A DNA stretch of 64,000 bases from Spirochaetota bacterium (GTDB lineage: Bacteria > Spirochaetota > UBA4802 > UBA5550): positions 2,368,001 through 2,432,000 of the forward strand of contig CAXXHB010000003.1 in NCBI GenBank assembly GCA_963664815.2, in the 5' to 3' direction. How positions within the stretch are numbered: position 1 is the first letter of the stretch; each line of letters begins with the position of its first letter. Position numbers and translations under genes: made by a program. The notes under the pieces are model-generated. The model searched no databases. It was not told the origin of the DNA and saw only the letters and a list, made by a program, of their open reading frames with translations. Positions 48,392 to 58,702 of the stretch are shown piece after piece.

Positions 48392-49627
48392 TCAAATATC
48401 CCTAGTCCATAGGGAGGCCATAGCCGGTCCGCCGCCAACACAGAGCGAGGCGCCGCCAGTTGTTTTTCCTGTTCTTTCGAGTTCATAATAAAGGCTTACA
48501 ATTATTCTCAGAGCTGTACATCCCACGGGGTGTCCAAGACCTATTCCTGAACCATTGGTATTGATATTCCCGTCCTTTTCCAGTGTTCCAATATTCATAT
48601 CTATACCGGCAACTTCCTTTATCATTTTTCCAACCCCCAGAACCTGTGCTGCGAATGCTTCATTAATTTCCCAGTAGTCAACATCTCCGTACTTCATTCC
48701 TGCTTCACCAAGGCATTTCGGTATTGCAACTGCCGGCCCCAGTCCCATAACCCTGGCATCAACACCCTCACTGCATACATTTATAAGTTTCATAACAGGT
48801 TTTATACCAAGCTGCCCGGCTTTTTTCAAGGTCATCAGAACAACAGCCGCCGATGCGTCATTAAGACCTGAAGCATTTGCCGCAGTTACAACTCCGTCTT
48901 TTTTAAATGCCGGGGCAAGTTTTGACATTTTCTCAATGCTCGCATCCTTTATCGGATGTTCATCATTCTCAAAAACAAACTCCTTTTTGCCTTCTTTCAC
49001 ATTGACAGGTACTATTTCTCTTTTGAACCTTCCTTCATCAACGGCTCTTGTGGCTCTTTTATGGCTGAGGAGTGCAAGTTCATCGCATTGCACCCTTGTG
49101 ATACCGTATTGTTCGGCAATATTTTCAGCAGTTCCACCCATATGCGAGCCTGCAAGACTGCAGACAAGCCCGTCTGCAAGCATTGCATCCTCAATTTTAC
49201 CATCACCCATTCTCTGCCCCCATCTTGCGCTTCGGGATATATATGGAATGTTGCTCATGCTTTCAGTTCCCACAACCAGGGCAATGTCATTCTTTCCCAG
49301 CATAAGTTTATTCGCAGCTATCTCCAGCGCTCTCATGCCTGAGGCGCAGTTCTGGTTAATCATGCTCGCTCCTGATTCAACGGACATTCCAATCTGTTGA
49401 GAAATAATCCGTGCCGGCAGCGATCCGTTCCCATGATGCAGGCATGTTCCAAGTACTAATTCATCAATCTCTTTAGCATCAATTCCGGCTCTCCTGATTG
49501 CTTCTGTTGCAGCTATCTTTGAAAGATCATTCGCCTTCAGTGATTTCAATGATCCGCCATAAGTCCCGATTGCTGTTCTGCATGCACTGACCATTACAAC
49601 TTCATTAATTTCATTTGCCATAACCAT
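48392..49627 (-). CDS. acetyl-CoA C-acyltransferase (thiolase)
   Basis: RTAIG.YGG; QNCASG; TAANASGLND; EINEAFA; GHPVG; SLCVGGG. Confidence 0.95.
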   Translation of the reverse strand: MVMANEINEVVMVSACRTAIGTYGGSLKSLKANDLSKIAATEAIRRAGIDAKEIDELVLGTCLHHGNGSLPARIISQQIGMSVESGASMINQNCASGMRALEIAANKLMLGKNDIALVVGTESMSNIPYISRSARWGQRMGDGKIEDAMLADGLVCSLAGSHMGGTAENIAEQYGITRVQCDELALLSHKRATRAVDEGRFKREIVPVNVKEGKKEFVFENDEHPIKDASIEKMSKLAPAFKKDGVVTAANASGLNDASAAVVLMTLKKAGQLGIKPVMKLINVCSEGVDARVMGLGPAVAIPKCLGEAGMKYGDVDYWEINEAFAAQVLGVGKMIKEVAGIDMNIGTLEKDGNINTNGSGIGLGHPVGCTALRIIVSLYYELERTGKTTGGASLCVGGGPAMASLWTRDI

Positions 49628-50065
49628 CCTCCATATATTAATTATTATAATATGCCTTTAAACATAATCTGACCGTCCTATTTTTTATTTAATGACGCAG
49701 ATTGTACCTGCAACTTAATCAAGAAGCGGAGAACATCGAATACTCCCTTTAATAAACAGTGAATGTTCCTCTTATTACTGCTGCCGGACTATGCTGAAGT
49801 GAGGAATGCCGGAATATTTATAATGTAAATCAGTAATGGTATTGAAAAGTTATCCACGGCATTCCTCAGTTGAGTCTCTTTATAAAAGCTTCCCTGAACT
49901 ATTGCAATCAGGTACATCAGTATTTTTTTTATAGGAGTATTTCTGATTTATTATATAGGGATTCCCCCTACATAAAATTTAATAACAACCGGATATTAAC
50001 CGTTGACATTTCATGTTTTATCATTTCATATCATTTTAATTATTTTATTCTGATCGAGGCAGATT

Positions 50066-50503
50066 ATGAAACCCGGGATTAAATCCGAAATAAAAGAAAA
50101 AATCTATTCTTTTTACAGAGGTATATTCACTGAGATTTTAAACACAGCCGGCATAAAATCATATAATCAGTTTATTTCTCTCTGGAGAGATTTTCAAAAA
50201 ATACACTCAGATGCCGTCGGTTCATTACTGACTGAGTATGTTGAAAATTTCACCAGCGAAGGCATTATTATTGAAAAGATAGAAGCTCAGAGTGTTGTAA
50301 TAGAAATTGTTGACAATGAAACCGGTATGCTCTACAGGCGTAACCTCCCGTTAAAATATCTGGAAACAGATAACGGAATAATTCTTTCCGGCGAAAACAG
50401 TAACGGAAAACAGTCAGATATAACTTTTTTATCAGACACAGCACTTGGGAGAATCAATGATTTAACAGGTAAAGGTCCCGACTCCTCAAGATGCGGCCAT
50501 TAA
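50066..50503 (+). CDS. hypothetical protein (145 aa)
   Basis: GAGG RBS; C-terminal YRRNLPL.Y.ETDNG..L.GE...G..S.I.FLS looks like a conserved domain but is not assigned. Confidence 0.7.
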   Translation: MKPGIKSEIKEKIYSFYRGIFTEILNTAGIKSYNQFISLWRDFQKIHSDAVGSLLTEYVENFTSEGIIIEKIEAQSVVIEIVDNETGMLYRRNLPLKYLETDNGIILSGENSNGKQSDITFLSDTALGRINDLTGKGPDSSRCGH

Positions 50504-50514
50504 CAGTTTTTTCC

Positions 50515-50697
50515 TTATTTGTCACAGCATTTTTCAGTTGTTAAGATCATTCTTTGCGACATTCCGCATTTCGGGCATTTGCTTCCGGAATTTGTACCTG
50601 GACATTCTTTACAGTAAATAATGAAACATCTTACACATTTAAACATAACATTATCTTCAGACACCTTTCCGCATGCAGGACATATGTTGCTTTCCAT
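50515..50697 (-). CDS. small Cys-rich (4 x CxxC) putative metal-binding protein
   Basis: GGGGG RBS; CPAC..CVRC..CKEC..CPKC..CC in 60 aa. Confidence 0.7.
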   Translation of the reverse strand: MESNICPACGKVSEDNVMFKCVRCFIIYCKECPGTNSGSKCPKCGMSQRMILTTEKCCDK

Positions 50698-50877
50698 TTA
50701 ATTCGATCCCCCTTTTATATTATTACCATATTCACATTCAATATGCCTGTTCATCATTTCAAAATATTTTCTGTTAAGAATTTTTTCTTTATAATCATAA
50801 TACAAAAGCTTCCTGTTTCGTGCCTGCAGGCAGCCATCGCTGCTGTACTGCCTGAATCTCATAATACTTGTTCTATG

Positions 50878-50902
50878 GGATTCCCGCCTACGCGGGAATG
50901 AC
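50878..50902. repeat. REP/dRS3-like palindromic element
   Basis: ggATTCCCgcctacgcGGGAATgac, matching ATTCCC-N8-GGGAAT. Confidence 0.7.
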
Positions 50903-50939
50903 AATGAAAGAACGTATTCAATCGTAAACAGCTATTGTG

Positions 50940-51548
50940 TTAAAAACATCCGGTTTCATTGAGCAGTGTTATTCTGTAACTGCTTATACCGGCAAAGATT
51001 ATATTAATACAACCATAATCCTGGGATATATTAAAGAGATTTTCAACAGGCAGCCCCATAGTATGACAGATTATCAGTCGATTAACCCCTGCATGGCCCG
51101 CAATTACTATATTTCCCTGTGATTCACGAACAATCTCCTCAAATGCCGGTATTACTCTCTCTCCGCAGTCATGAAAGCTCTCTCCGCCGGGGGGACGGAA
51201 CTTTACAATATCTCTTCCCCGTTGTTTGTATTCATCAGGATATCTTTTAATTACTTCACTAAAGCTTAATCCATCCCATTCTCCCAGTGATATTTCCCTT
51301 AACTCCGGCTTCACAACCGGTGATATTCCATGATAATCAGATATTATTTCTGCCGTTGCAAATGAGCGGGTAAGATCACTGCAGAATACAGCACTTACCT
51401 TGATCCCGCTGAGTATTCTCCCCAGACGCTTCCCCTGCGCTCTTCCCTCTTCATCAAGCATCAGGTCTGTCTGACCTATAAAATATTTCTCTGTTTCATC
51501 GGTACTGATTTTTCCATGCCTGACAAGATAAATGTTATTGAATTCCAT
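50940..51548 (-). CDS. histidine phosphatase (CobC/phosphoglycerate mutase family)
   Basis: LVRHG; SDL.RS..TA; LREI.LGEWDG; PPGGESF; GHAGVNR. Confidence 0.92.
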   Translation of the reverse strand: MEFNNIYLVRHGKISTDETEKYFIGQTDLMLDEEGRAQGKRLGRILSGIKVSAVFCSDLTRSFATAEIISDYHGISPVVKPELREISLGEWDGLSFSEVIKRYPDEYKQRGRDIVKFRPPGGESFHDCGERVIPAFEEIVRESQGNIVIAGHAGVNRLIICHTMGLPVENLFNISQDYGCINIIFAGISSYRITLLNETGCF

Positions 51549-51656
51549 TTTCTTTTATTACCTTTCAATTCTGTTTTACAGCTTAACAATTAATAATAAT
51601 TCCTTAACAATTTTCAATAATAATCCCTGATCTTTTTTATTATAGAAAATGCTCTG

Positions 51657-51687
51657 TTCTCACCGCCGCCAATGCCGGCGGTGAGAA
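51657..51687. terminator. 12-bp hairpin after the CoA-ligase gene
   Basis: ttctcaccgccg-ccaatgc-cggcggtgagaa. Confidence 0.55.
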
Positions 51688-51721
51688 TTAAACGTTTATT
51701 TTAAACTGAAATATTAAGGAA

Positions 51722-53056
51722 TTAATACTGGTGAAAAGATATTTTCCTTTTTCCCGTTCCGGGAATATAATCAATACAACAAATCTCAGATACAACCTTA
51801 ATTTCAAGAATTCCGTTCTTCATTGATTCATAAACTCCCTGTATCATGGAAAGTCCATTGTATACTTCCTGTTCATTAACAGGTTGATTTATTTTAATAA
51901 CTTTAATTTCAAGCACTGTAACTCCATCATGTTTGAAACATGATGCTTTATAATCGACAATACCGTCAATCTTCAGCAGACTTTCATCCAGCTCTGATAT
52001 TCCCAGCATATACCCGCCATGTAAAACAATCATTGAATTTATTCTGTACCGTATATAATCCATTCTGCGGAGTCCGGTACCGCATGGACAGTCACCGGGG
52101 ATAAAACGCGACATATCCCCTGTACGATAACGGATCAGCGGCATTCCATTCCTGGTAAGAGTGGTAAAGACTACTTCTCCATACTCCCCGTCAGGAAGAA
52201 TTTTACCGGAATCGGGATCAACTATTTCAAAATATAAATCAGCTTCACGCAGATGATAACCGCTATGACTGCAGCAGTCAATAGCACCGCCAAGTCCCAT
52301 CTCTGTCATGCCGTAGTGATTGAATACCTCACAACCGAAGATTCTCTCAAGTTCACTTACAATACCGGCAGATACGTAATCTGTGCTCAGCAGAATGCCC
52401 CTGACATGAATTTCAGTCTCCCTGTTTAACTCATAAAATCTTGCCAGTGCCAGAAGCTGAACAGGAATCCCGACAATTACGTTGACATTAAACTCTGATA
52501 TAATATTAAGTGCCCCGGCTATATCCCTTACAACACCATACTTCACCGGTATTGCTCCGAATCTGATTACTGCTTCCGCAAGAAGGTCTCCGACACTGCC
52601 GGGCCTCTCACACGGGAGAAGAATCATAACCCTGTCTCCCGGCAATGTAAGCGTGGACATACCCTGTATAAAAAAATCTATTGTCAGTTCCTGATCTTCA
52701 GTTGTAAAGTAAACCCGCTTCGGACTTCCGGTAGTGCCTGAACTGTCAAGAGTAACAACACGATTAATCGCATCCTGTGATACGCAAAGCATCTGAAGCG
52801 CATTATTTCGTATATCCGTTTCCGAAGTAAACGGGAAAGAGGCAAAATCATCAAAAGAAAAAATATTAAGCTCTGCGAAATCTTTCAGATGCCTCCTGTA
52901 AAAAATACTCCGCTCACAGGCAAAACCAACCGTCTCCCTTATCCTCTCCATCTGGTACATAGCGAGATCTTTCGGTAAAGCATTACCGGAACATGGATTA
53001 ATTCTGTTTCTTATCCAGAAGTCCAGCGGAGTTATTTTCCCTGTTGTTTTAATCAT
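51722..53056 (-). CDS. phenylacetate-CoA-ligase-like AMP-dependent ligase (DVU_1553 family)
   Basis: SSGTTGSPKR, HYGMTEMGLGG, MPLIRYRTGD; ATG 53056 overlaps the radical SAM stop. Confidence 0.88.
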   Translation of the reverse strand: MIKTTGKITPLDFWIRNRINPCSGNALPKDLAMYQMERIRETVGFACERSIFYRRHLKDFAELNIFSFDDFASFPFTSETDIRNNALQMLCVSQDAINRVVTLDSSGTTGSPKRVYFTTEDQELTIDFFIQGMSTLTLPGDRVMILLPCERPGSVGDLLAEAVIRFGAIPVKYGVVRDIAGALNIISEFNVNVIVGIPVQLLALARFYELNRETEIHVRGILLSTDYVSAGIVSELERIFGCEVFNHYGMTEMGLGGAIDCCSHSGYHLREADLYFEIVDPDSGKILPDGEYGEVVFTTLTRNGMPLIRYRTGDMSRFIPGDCPCGTGLRRMDYIRYRINSMIVLHGGYMLGISELDESLLKIDGIVDYKASCFKHDGVTVLEIKVIKINQPVNEQEVYNGLSMIQGVYESMKNGILEIKVVSEICCIDYIPGTGKRKISFHQY

Positions 53057-54449
53057 TCCCGGATCGATGTCCCCTATAGAGGCTTTTACCGTCTCTTGAT
53101 GTAAGATTATACGCACAGAACGGGATAAGTTTTCCGTCACGGCTTACAACGTGAATAATGCACTCTTTCAAACGATTAATTTCCATTGTCCAGGCATCCT
53201 GAAAAGCCATTCCCGATATACATATTGTATGGGTCTTTACTCTTTCAAGGAATATATCGAGACTTTGAGTATTGATTCCCGGATCATCCGTCCTGCTTAT
53301 TTTTTTTAAAGATCCGTGACCGTTTTTATTATCACAGCATACCGGAGAAGCCCACTGTTTCGCTACAAATAATCTTGCCTTTTTCGAACCTTCAGCGGTA
53401 ACAGCCGGGTTTGAACAACATCCTGTTAAATTCTCCTGGTTCCATGGTTTCAGTTCACCATCCTGCATCTGAATAAAATTACCATGGAAGGAGCAATATG
53501 GGTTTTCACCACCTGGAGGTATAAAGTTTGCAGATTTCATTGCTCCGCCTGTCTGTATTTCAATATCACGGATTATTTCAGGTATTGTAATTCTTTTCCC
53601 GTCCATCACCGGATATCTGCCGAAATAGCTGACAGGCTGAAAATGCACCCCTCTTACATGAGGGAGGTTTTCTATGGCAAACTTTATAATTTCACCTATA
53701 TGATCTGTATTAATTCCGGGAATGAGTGTTGGCACCAGAACTACTCCAAGTCCCGCTTTTGCACAGTTTTCAACCGTTTTAAACTTCAGACTCATCAGGT
53801 CTGCACCACGAAGATACCTGTGAATACTGTCGTTCATTCCGTCAAACTGAAGAAAAACGCAGTTAAGCCCCGCATCACGAAGCTTCTCTGCATATCCCGG
53901 TTCATTTGCAAGTCTTATACCGTTTGTATTTAACTGTATAAATGTAAATCCCATATCAAATCCAAGTCTTATTATATCCGGGAGATCATCACGCATGGTA
54001 GGTTCACCGCCAGACAACTGAATGTTAAAAGGTCCGCCGCTCTCCATCAGCATACGATACCATTCAGCAATCTCTTCAATCGTCGGATCATCAGTTTCCG
54101 GTGCACCCGAAGAGGCGAAGCATACAGGACACTTCAGATTGCACCTGCCTGTTATTTCAATGAGAACGCAGCATGTCTGCTGCCGATGTTCAGCGCATAG
54201 TCCGCAGTCGTAGGGACAGCCCCGTGATGTTTCTGCGGCACACAGAGAAGGTTTTGACGGGATCTTTTCCCTGTTCCACCCTTCATAATCAGGTTTACCA
54301 TCCCAGATCTTCACACTGAACCTGCCATGATCCGGACAGTTTTTTTCAAGAAATATTATTTCTCCATCACTGATTTTACATGACGGTATAAGCTTCAGGC
54401 ATTCAGGACATACACTTTCTGAATCACTCCCGGCATTTTTAAAGCGCAT
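53049..54449 (-). CDS. trsS: radical SAM protein, TrsS/DVU_1554 type
   Basis: SVCPEC..K.CP.HG; GCPYDCGLC.EH.Q.TC; CNLKCPVCFA; QLSGGEPT; FQDAW; IPFCAYN. Confidence 0.85.
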   Translation of the reverse strand: MRFKNAGSDSESVCPECLKLIPSCKISDGEIIFLEKNCPDHGRFSVKIWDGKPDYEGWNREKIPSKPSLCAAETSRGCPYDCGLCAEHRQQTCCVLIEITGRCNLKCPVCFASSGAPETDDPTIEEIAEWYRMLMESGGPFNIQLSGGEPTMRDDLPDIIRLGFDMGFTFIQLNTNGIRLANEPGYAEKLRDAGLNCVFLQFDGMNDSIHRYLRGADLMSLKFKTVENCAKAGLGVVLVPTLIPGINTDHIGEIIKFAIENLPHVRGVHFQPVSYFGRYPVMDGKRITIPEIIRDIEIQTGGAMKSANFIPPGGENPYCSFHGNFIQMQDGELKPWNQENLTGCCSNPAVTAEGSKKARLFVAKQWASPVCCDNKNGHGSLKKISRTDDPGINTQSLDIFLERVKTHTICISGMAFQDAWTMEINRLKECIIHVVSRDGKLIPFCAYNLTSRDGKSLYRGHRSGND

Positions 54450-54452
54450 AAA

Positions 54453-54761
54453 TCACTCCACTGCCGCATTATTACCGACTATTTCGGTTAAAACAGATTC
54501 AAATCTTTTTTTACTCTCATCAGCACTTTCCGCCGGGAACATCGCTTTGAAAGCAACATCCCGGAGAACACCGATTATTTTTGTTCCATCCTGATAAGTT
54601 ATACTGAAAGAAGGTTTGGGGAAATTTTTGTGAATTATAATATCTGCGTTTTTTTCAAATCTGTTTATAAATTCTTCTGTAAATTTAAAATTAAACCGGT
54701 ACTGGAAAACAGCGGATTTACTTATGCAATTGTCGACTTTTTTAATCTCATAAAGGCTCAT
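54453..54761 (-). CDS. hypothetical protein (102 aa)
   Basis: Translationally coupled (ATGA overlap) to the cysteine desulfurase gene. Confidence 0.7.
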   Translation of the reverse strand: MSLYEIKKVDNCISKSAVFQYRFNFKFTEEFINRFEKNADIIIHKNFPKPSFSITYQDGTKIIGVLRDVAFKAMFPAESADESKKRFESVLTEIVGNNAAVE

Positions 54762-55882
54762 TCAAGAATACTCCTTACCGCAGAGATTGCATAGTCAATT
54801 TCGTCGTCTGTAGTAAATCTTGATATGCTGAACCTTATGTTTCCGGATGGCCCGGTATCAAGAAACCTGTGAATCAGGGGTGCGCAATGCAGTCCGGTTC
54901 GGCATACAATATCAAAACTTTTAAAAAGAATCTCTCCAGCCTCTTCAGATTCCAGGCCGGGAATATTAAACGATACCACCGGCGTACGCGGCGCGGAGAC
55001 TTTAACCGTAATGGCTCCTGCCTCTATTAATCCATCTGACAGATGCTCAATTTTCCTGTTCAGCACATCAGGTTCAACCGGATTATCCTTCTGCCATTTT
55101 AAAGCAGCAGCCAGTCCGGCAAATGAAGAATCATTGGGAGTTCCAGCCTCAAACCTGACAGGCATTTCAGCCGGCATTTCATCCATATCACTGTGAATTC
55201 CTGTCCCGCCTACCCAGACAGGATTCAGCTCAATATCTTCAGATATATACAGACCGCCGGTGCCGGCAGGACCCAGCAGGTATTTATGACCGGTAAACGC
55301 CACAAGATCAACACCCCATAATTCAGGAGTAACATCGGTAATTCCCATAGTCTGCGAGGCATCGAGAAGAACTACTGCTCCATGTTTCCTCGCAATTCCG
55401 GCAAGCTCTGACACATTGTTGATACAGCCTGTAACATTTGACGCATGAGCAAGCACTACCATCTGTGGTGATAATTTTATGACGGCCCTTTCAAATTCAT
55501 CTGTTATTACTCTCCCTGATATATCAACGGGGATTATCTCGGTTTTTACATTTGAATTCATGGCAAGATAATGAAGAGGCCTCAGTACCGAATTATGTTC
55601 TGCTGCTGATGTAACAACGGATGAATTTCTGCTCCACCTGAAACCATGCAGTGCAATATTAAGCGCATGAGTTGCATTCGCGCAATTGACAATTCGCGAA
55701 GCGTCGGAAATCTTCATATACCCGGCAAGCAGTGTTCGTGAGTCCGGTTTGTTATCACTGTAATCAAAACCTGACCTTGCCGCATGAAACGGGATTCCAC
55801 GGATTGCGTCAGCTACTGCTTCTGCCGTTCCGGGAGCCTTGGGCCATGATGTAGCCGCATTGTTGAAATAATATACCTTCAT
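54758..55882 (-). CDS. cysteine desulfurase-like class V PLP enzyme
   Basis: YFNNAATSWPK; EHNSV.RP; HASNVTG; DASQT; FTGHK.L.GP.GTG; EAGTPN; RTGLHCAP. Confidence 0.9.
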   Translation of the reverse strand: MKVYYFNNAATSWPKAPGTAEAVADAIRGIPFHAARSGFDYSDNKPDSRTLLAGYMKISDASRIVNCANATHALNIALHGFRWSRNSSVVTSAAEHNSVLRPLHYLAMNSNVKTEIIPVDISGRVITDEFERAVIKLSPQMVVLAHASNVTGCINNVSELAGIARKHGAVVLLDASQTMGITDVTPELWGVDLVAFTGHKYLLGPAGTGGLYISEDIELNPVWVGGTGIHSDMDEMPAEMPVRFEAGTPNDSSFAGLAAALKWQKDNPVEPDVLNRKIEHLSDGLIEAGAITVKVSAPRTPVVSFNIPGLESEEAGEILFKSFDIVCRTGLHCAPLIHRFLDTGPSGNIRFSISRFTTDDEIDYAISAVRSILE

Positions 55883-57024
55883 ATCAATACCACTTCAGCT
55901 TTCAGAAAAGATTCAAGATCACTCACTCCGGTAATTTTTTCAATTCTCTCTTTTATTATATGCGCGTTTTTTTCCCGTTTTTCAATATTAGATATAATCC
56001 CGGGATTATCTGAAGATTTTCCTGCAGACTTCCGGAACCTCTCATCAAGAGAAATAAAAACAGTTTCTTTAACAAACTTATCAGCAAGATATATAACTGA
56101 CATTTCATCAACATCCCCGCTGTCAGGATTAATTTCAATATCCATATGTCCCGCTATTACTTTTGCCACATCAGGGTATCCATGCTTGTATAAAATTGAC
56201 GCCCCCTCAGATGCATGACCAGGCTTATCCCTTGCTATATCATGCAGCATGGAGCCCGCCATGATTAAATAAATATCAAGATCAACAGAACCTCTGTCTT
56301 TCAGCAGCTTTGCGATCCTGCATGATATTTCACATACAGCTTTTCCATGTTCATTTACTTTATCCGGAGTTTTATATATTGATAAAAGCGCGGCACATTC
56401 CTCCGCTGAAGGAGCATTACTGTGACACAGATATCTCTCTGCATTACGAAAGTCTTCAGGTGTATCCATATCCATAACCACTGACTGATCAGCCAGTTCA
56501 ACATTCACGGAATCATCTTCAAATCTTGCAAGAACCGAACGGAGATTTTCTGATTTTTCAGACGAAAGAATTTCTTTGATATACGCAGATGATATAAAGG
56601 GGGGATGACCTCTTTCTCCTGAAAAGCATGGATAAATAATCCCTTTCCCTGAATTTCTGAATTCTTCCAGAATAACTTTCACTGTCCCCGGTTTAACCAT
56701 AGGCATATCGCCGGGGAGTATGAATATTCCAGAAGTATTATCTGAAATACTTTTCAACCCGGAGAGCACAGATGAGAACATCCCGTCCTGATAGTTTTCA
56801 TTCAATATAAATTGAATCCCTTTCCCATCCAGCAGTGATATTATTTCTCCAGCCCTGTAACCTGCAACTATTCTGATCTCAGATATACCGGCACTCCTGA
56901 AACAGTCCGCTGCACTTTCAATTACAGTTTTCCCGTTGAGCTTCATCAACGGCTTGAATTCACCCATACGGGAAGAATAACCTGCAGCAAGTATTACCGC
57001 TACGATTTTGTCTTCTCTGCACAT
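55879..57024 (-). CDS. MocA-like nucleotidyltransferase fused to an HD domain (DVU_1551 family)
   Basis: ILAAGYSSRMG.FKPL; GMFSS; GHPP; DMDTPED; H...V..LHDI..H...G; LADK. Confidence 0.88.
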   Translation of the reverse strand: MCREDKIVAVILAAGYSSRMGEFKPLMKLNGKTVIESAADCFRSAGISEIRIVAGYRAGEIISLLDGKGIQFILNENYQDGMFSSVLSGLKSISDNTSGIFILPGDMPMVKPGTVKVILEEFRNSGKGIIYPCFSGERGHPPFISSAYIKEILSSEKSENLRSVLARFEDDSVNVELADQSVVMDMDTPEDFRNAERYLCHSNAPSAEECAALLSIYKTPDKVNEHGKAVCEISCRIAKLLKDRGSVDLDIYLIMAGSMLHDIARDKPGHASEGASILYKHGYPDVAKVIAGHMDIEINPDSGDVDEMSVIYLADKFVKETVFISLDERFRKSAGKSSDNPGIISNIEKREKNAHIIKERIEKITGVSDLESFLKAEVVLI

Positions 57025-58070
57025 TTTTCACGTTCTGCTCTTACCATGATAAGTTCTGCAACTATACTTACAGCAATCTCTTCAGGACTCTCAGCTTTTA
57101 TATCAAGGCCTATCGGAGAGTGTACTCTGGCAAAATCCTCATCAACATATCCGAACTCTTCTGAAAGCTTTTTATATGTTATTTCACGTTTTTTCCTGCT
57201 GCCTATCATACCAATATACGTTACATGCTTTCTTATTACCTGCTGAAGGACAGTTTTATCGAAAAGATGCCCTCTTGTCACAATAACAAGGTAACTGTCC
57301 TGGTCAGTAATAATGTCAGGCAATGGATTCTCAAACGATTCCAGAAGAACTATTTCCGATGTGGGGAATCTCAGTCTGTTCGCATACTCAGGCCGGTCAT
57401 CTATTACAACTGTTTTGAAACCTACCATCTCGGCAACAGGTGCAATTTTCTGTGATACATGTCCCGCCCCGAATATATAAACCGTACTTGTTTTTACTAC
57501 CGGCTCAACAAGGATTCTCCAGTCAGAAAGAACTTCGGAATGAATTGTTATCCTCGCAGGACCCTCTATGATCTTTGTCAGAAATGCCCTGTCACTCTCA
57601 AATTTTCCCGTCAATGTATGATCCTGCTTAACCAGACACTGTTGCTTTTCACCACTGTTTTTTACACCTGTACCGACTCCGGTAATAAGCCAGGCTTTTT
57701 CTCTTTTATTCCTTACTTCAACAATACTTTTATAAATCTCAAGGTTTAATGGATCATCTGAATCTATATAGTCTACAAGAAATTCACCGGCACCGCCGCA
57801 TATCATATTCATATCAGAAGCATCAGCACCTGTAAGATTGAAAACTCTTGTAACGGGGGTTCTGGTTTTATATACATCCATAGCCATGCTCATCGCTTCA
57901 GCCTCCAGTTTCCCGCCGCCGATTGTTCCACAGATAGATCCATCCCCACGTACTGTCATTTTTGCACCGGCATCACGTGGAGCCGATCCCGACAGGCTGA
58001 ATATTGTCACAACGACTATACTCTTCTTTTCAGATAAAAACTTTACAATATCCTCATATACATTATTCAT
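57000..58070 (-). CDS. xdhC: XdhC family molybdoenzyme maturation factor
   Basis: GSAPR.AGAKM; GTIGGG.LE; MICGG; IFGAGHV; VIDDR; VTRGH..D; YIGMIGSR.K; PIGLDI.AESPEEIAVSI.AE. Confidence 0.93.
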   Translation of the reverse strand: MNNVYEDIVKFLSEKKSIVVVTIFSLSGSAPRDAGAKMTVRGDGSICGTIGGGKLEAEAMSMAMDVYKTRTPVTRVFNLTGADASDMNMICGGAGEFLVDYIDSDDPLNLEIYKSIVEVRNKREKAWLITGVGTGVKNSGEKQQCLVKQDHTLTGKFESDRAFLTKIIEGPARITIHSEVLSDWRILVEPVVKTSTVYIFGAGHVSQKIAPVAEMVGFKTVVIDDRPEYANRLRFPTSEIVLLESFENPLPDIITDQDSYLVIVTRGHLFDKTVLQQVIRKHVTYIGMIGSRKKREITYKKLSEEFGYVDEDFARVHSPIGLDIKAESPEEIAVSIVAELIMVRAEREKCAEKTKS

Positions 58071-58522
58071 TACTTCTCCTCAGTTTTCCCGGATAAATCA
58101 TATTCATTTTTTTTTAATATTTCTTTCACTTTTTCAAATGTCTTAAGAACAATCTGCGGACACCTTTCATTCATGTTCTGAGGATTGTCTTCGAGTATAT
58201 CCCTGCAGTTTATCCCGCCGAACTTTAAGCCGAATTCATCTTCAAACCATTGTACAAGCTCTGAAATCATTTCATTATGCCGGCTGTCATCGGTTTCTTC
58301 AGGAGAACCCTTCCCCGCATAAAGTGATATCAGGCATGCACCCCCGGAGAGAGCTCCGCAGTTTTTGCCGCTGAATCCCAATCCGCCGGCAAGGCCGTTC
58401 ATTGCACGTATAAGGTCAGGATTGCTTTTACCGTTAGCCTCCAGTCCCATCATAAGAAGAATCTGGCTGCATAAAAATCCCTGCTGTGCAAGTTCAATAA
58501 TTTTAAACAGTTCTTCATTCAT
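58070..58522 (-). CDS. C-GCAxxG-C-C family protein (DVU_1555 type)
   Basis: GF.CSQ; NCGALSGGAC; INC.DIL; RCP. Confidence 0.9.
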   Translation of the reverse strand: MNEELFKIIELAQQGFLCSQILLMMGLEANGKSNPDLIRAMNGLAGGLGFSGKNCGALSGGACLISLYAGKGSPEETDDSRHNEMISELVQWFEDEFGLKFGGINCRDILEDNPQNMNERCPQIVLKTFEKVKEILKKNEYDLSGKTEEK

Positions 58523-58619
58523 GTTTCTACCCCTGGAAGAGTTTTCAAAATTATAATCTACATCATTTTAAACCTATATCTTTTTAAACATACATTATTT
58601 TACGGAATAATCAGGCCTT

Positions 58620-58700
58620 GTCATTCCGAGCGGATGTGAGTGCTTCGGCCCCGTTCAGCCACCGTTTATAACGGTCTGTGAGCCTGCCGAACTGCTCAAT
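58620..58700. repeat. degenerate REP-like elements in the intergenic gap
   Basis: GTCATTCCGAGCG (shares GTCATTCC with the 50878 element), then cttcggc..ttcag / gagcctgccgaa inverted pair. Confidence 0.4.
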
Positions 58701-58702
58701 CG

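Noticed and set aside
50698-50904. 68-aa ORF MSFPRRRES...
   Set aside because: The N-terminus is the translation of the REP-like palindrome, a typical spurious ORF.
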